A stretch of 19,512 nt of DNA, taken from positions 1 to 19,512 of the forward strand of contig NW_021824244.1 in the NCBI RefSeq assembly GCF_006345805.1. The letters are read 5' to 3'. A model generated the notes under the pieces. That model was not told the DNA's origin and searched no databases. It was given only the letters and a program-made list of their open reading frames with translations. Source of the DNA: Octopus sinensis (lineage: Eukaryota). The position numbers and the translations under genes are program-made. This document shows positions 18,868 through 19,512 of the stretch, in pieces; within the stretch, counting starts at the first letter, position 1; each line of letters opens with the position of its first letter.

Positions 18868-18907
18868 GAAAGAAGCTTGCTTCCCAATCACATGGTTCGG
18901 GTTCAAG
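18868..18907 (+). mobile_element. Short SINE-B head fragment
   Basis: AAGAAGCTTGCTTCCCAATCACATGGTTCGGGTTCA matches the SINE-B head. Confidence 0.6.
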
Positions 18908-19360
18908 GAAGAAAAAAATAAAATGAACAGTCCAATACAGCGTTTCAAAAATAAAAGACAGAAGAAGAGAGAGCGAGAGTTCAAAACACAGCAAACAAAT
19001 TTTTGGCCTCATGGTACTCCTGGCCTTCAACTGGAACACAGTTTTTCACAATTCTTGTCTAATTTCTCGAAATTGTTTGTTTTTTATTTTAATCCCACGA
19101 AGTTAAACAGGAACAGTTCTCACAATTAATTGAGAATAACACAATTCTCAAATTAAATTAAATTTGGAGGCGGAATACGTCTCCAAACAGCAATTCTCAC
19201 AATTAAGTGAGAAAGGCAAAATGCTCTATTGCAGGCAGACCAAAGCCCAGAATCCAGTGAGGACTCCTTGCTTGTACAAAGAATAAATATCCCAAACAAC
19301 GGATCCCCACTAGATCCGAAAAGCAAAAAGTCTTACCTTATAGCAGAGCCTCTTTCAATA

Positions 19361-19408
19361 ACAAGCTTCTTACCACAAGCAAGCTTCTTACCACACAGCC
19401 ACCCATGT
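19361..19408 (-). mobile_element. Short SINE-B head fragment with an 18-bp tandem duplication
   Basis: AAGCTTCTTACCAC occurs twice, followed by ACAGCCA (complement of TGGCTGTGTGGTAAGAAGCTT). Confidence 0.6.
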
Positions 19409-19512
19409 ATAATATAAATATATATATATATATGTATACTTCTATGCACACGCAAACATACAACATATATACACACATGCACAAACTCAGATACTTCCCC
19501 ATAATTTAATAT

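Overview
Repeat-dominated, non-coding eukaryotic DNA (intergenic or deep intronic). The SINE families, the CR1-type LINE and the dense microsatellites point to an octopus/coleoid cephalopod genome; this is my recognition, not a database result. No host protein-coding gene can be supported, and almost all ORF-track entries are translations of simple repeats. Supported content: three tRNA-derived SINE families (here called A, B and C), several of them nested or inverted; two young canonical non-autonomous Helitrons; an internally deleted CR1-clade LINE whose 3' tail matches SINE-B; hAT- and mariner-type MITE remnants; a ~100 bp orphan 28S rRNA fragment; two long inverted-repeat pairs; and several minisatellites. 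The least explained structures are a composite at 18.0-18.7 kb (MITE end, 28S piece, structured GC-rich block, then four stem-conserved hairpin repeats), a 31-bp double-palindrome array inside a hAT-like element, and a near-perfect 122-bp inverted repeat bracketing about 1.9 kb. No CRISPR array, intact ribozyme or intact transposase is seen.
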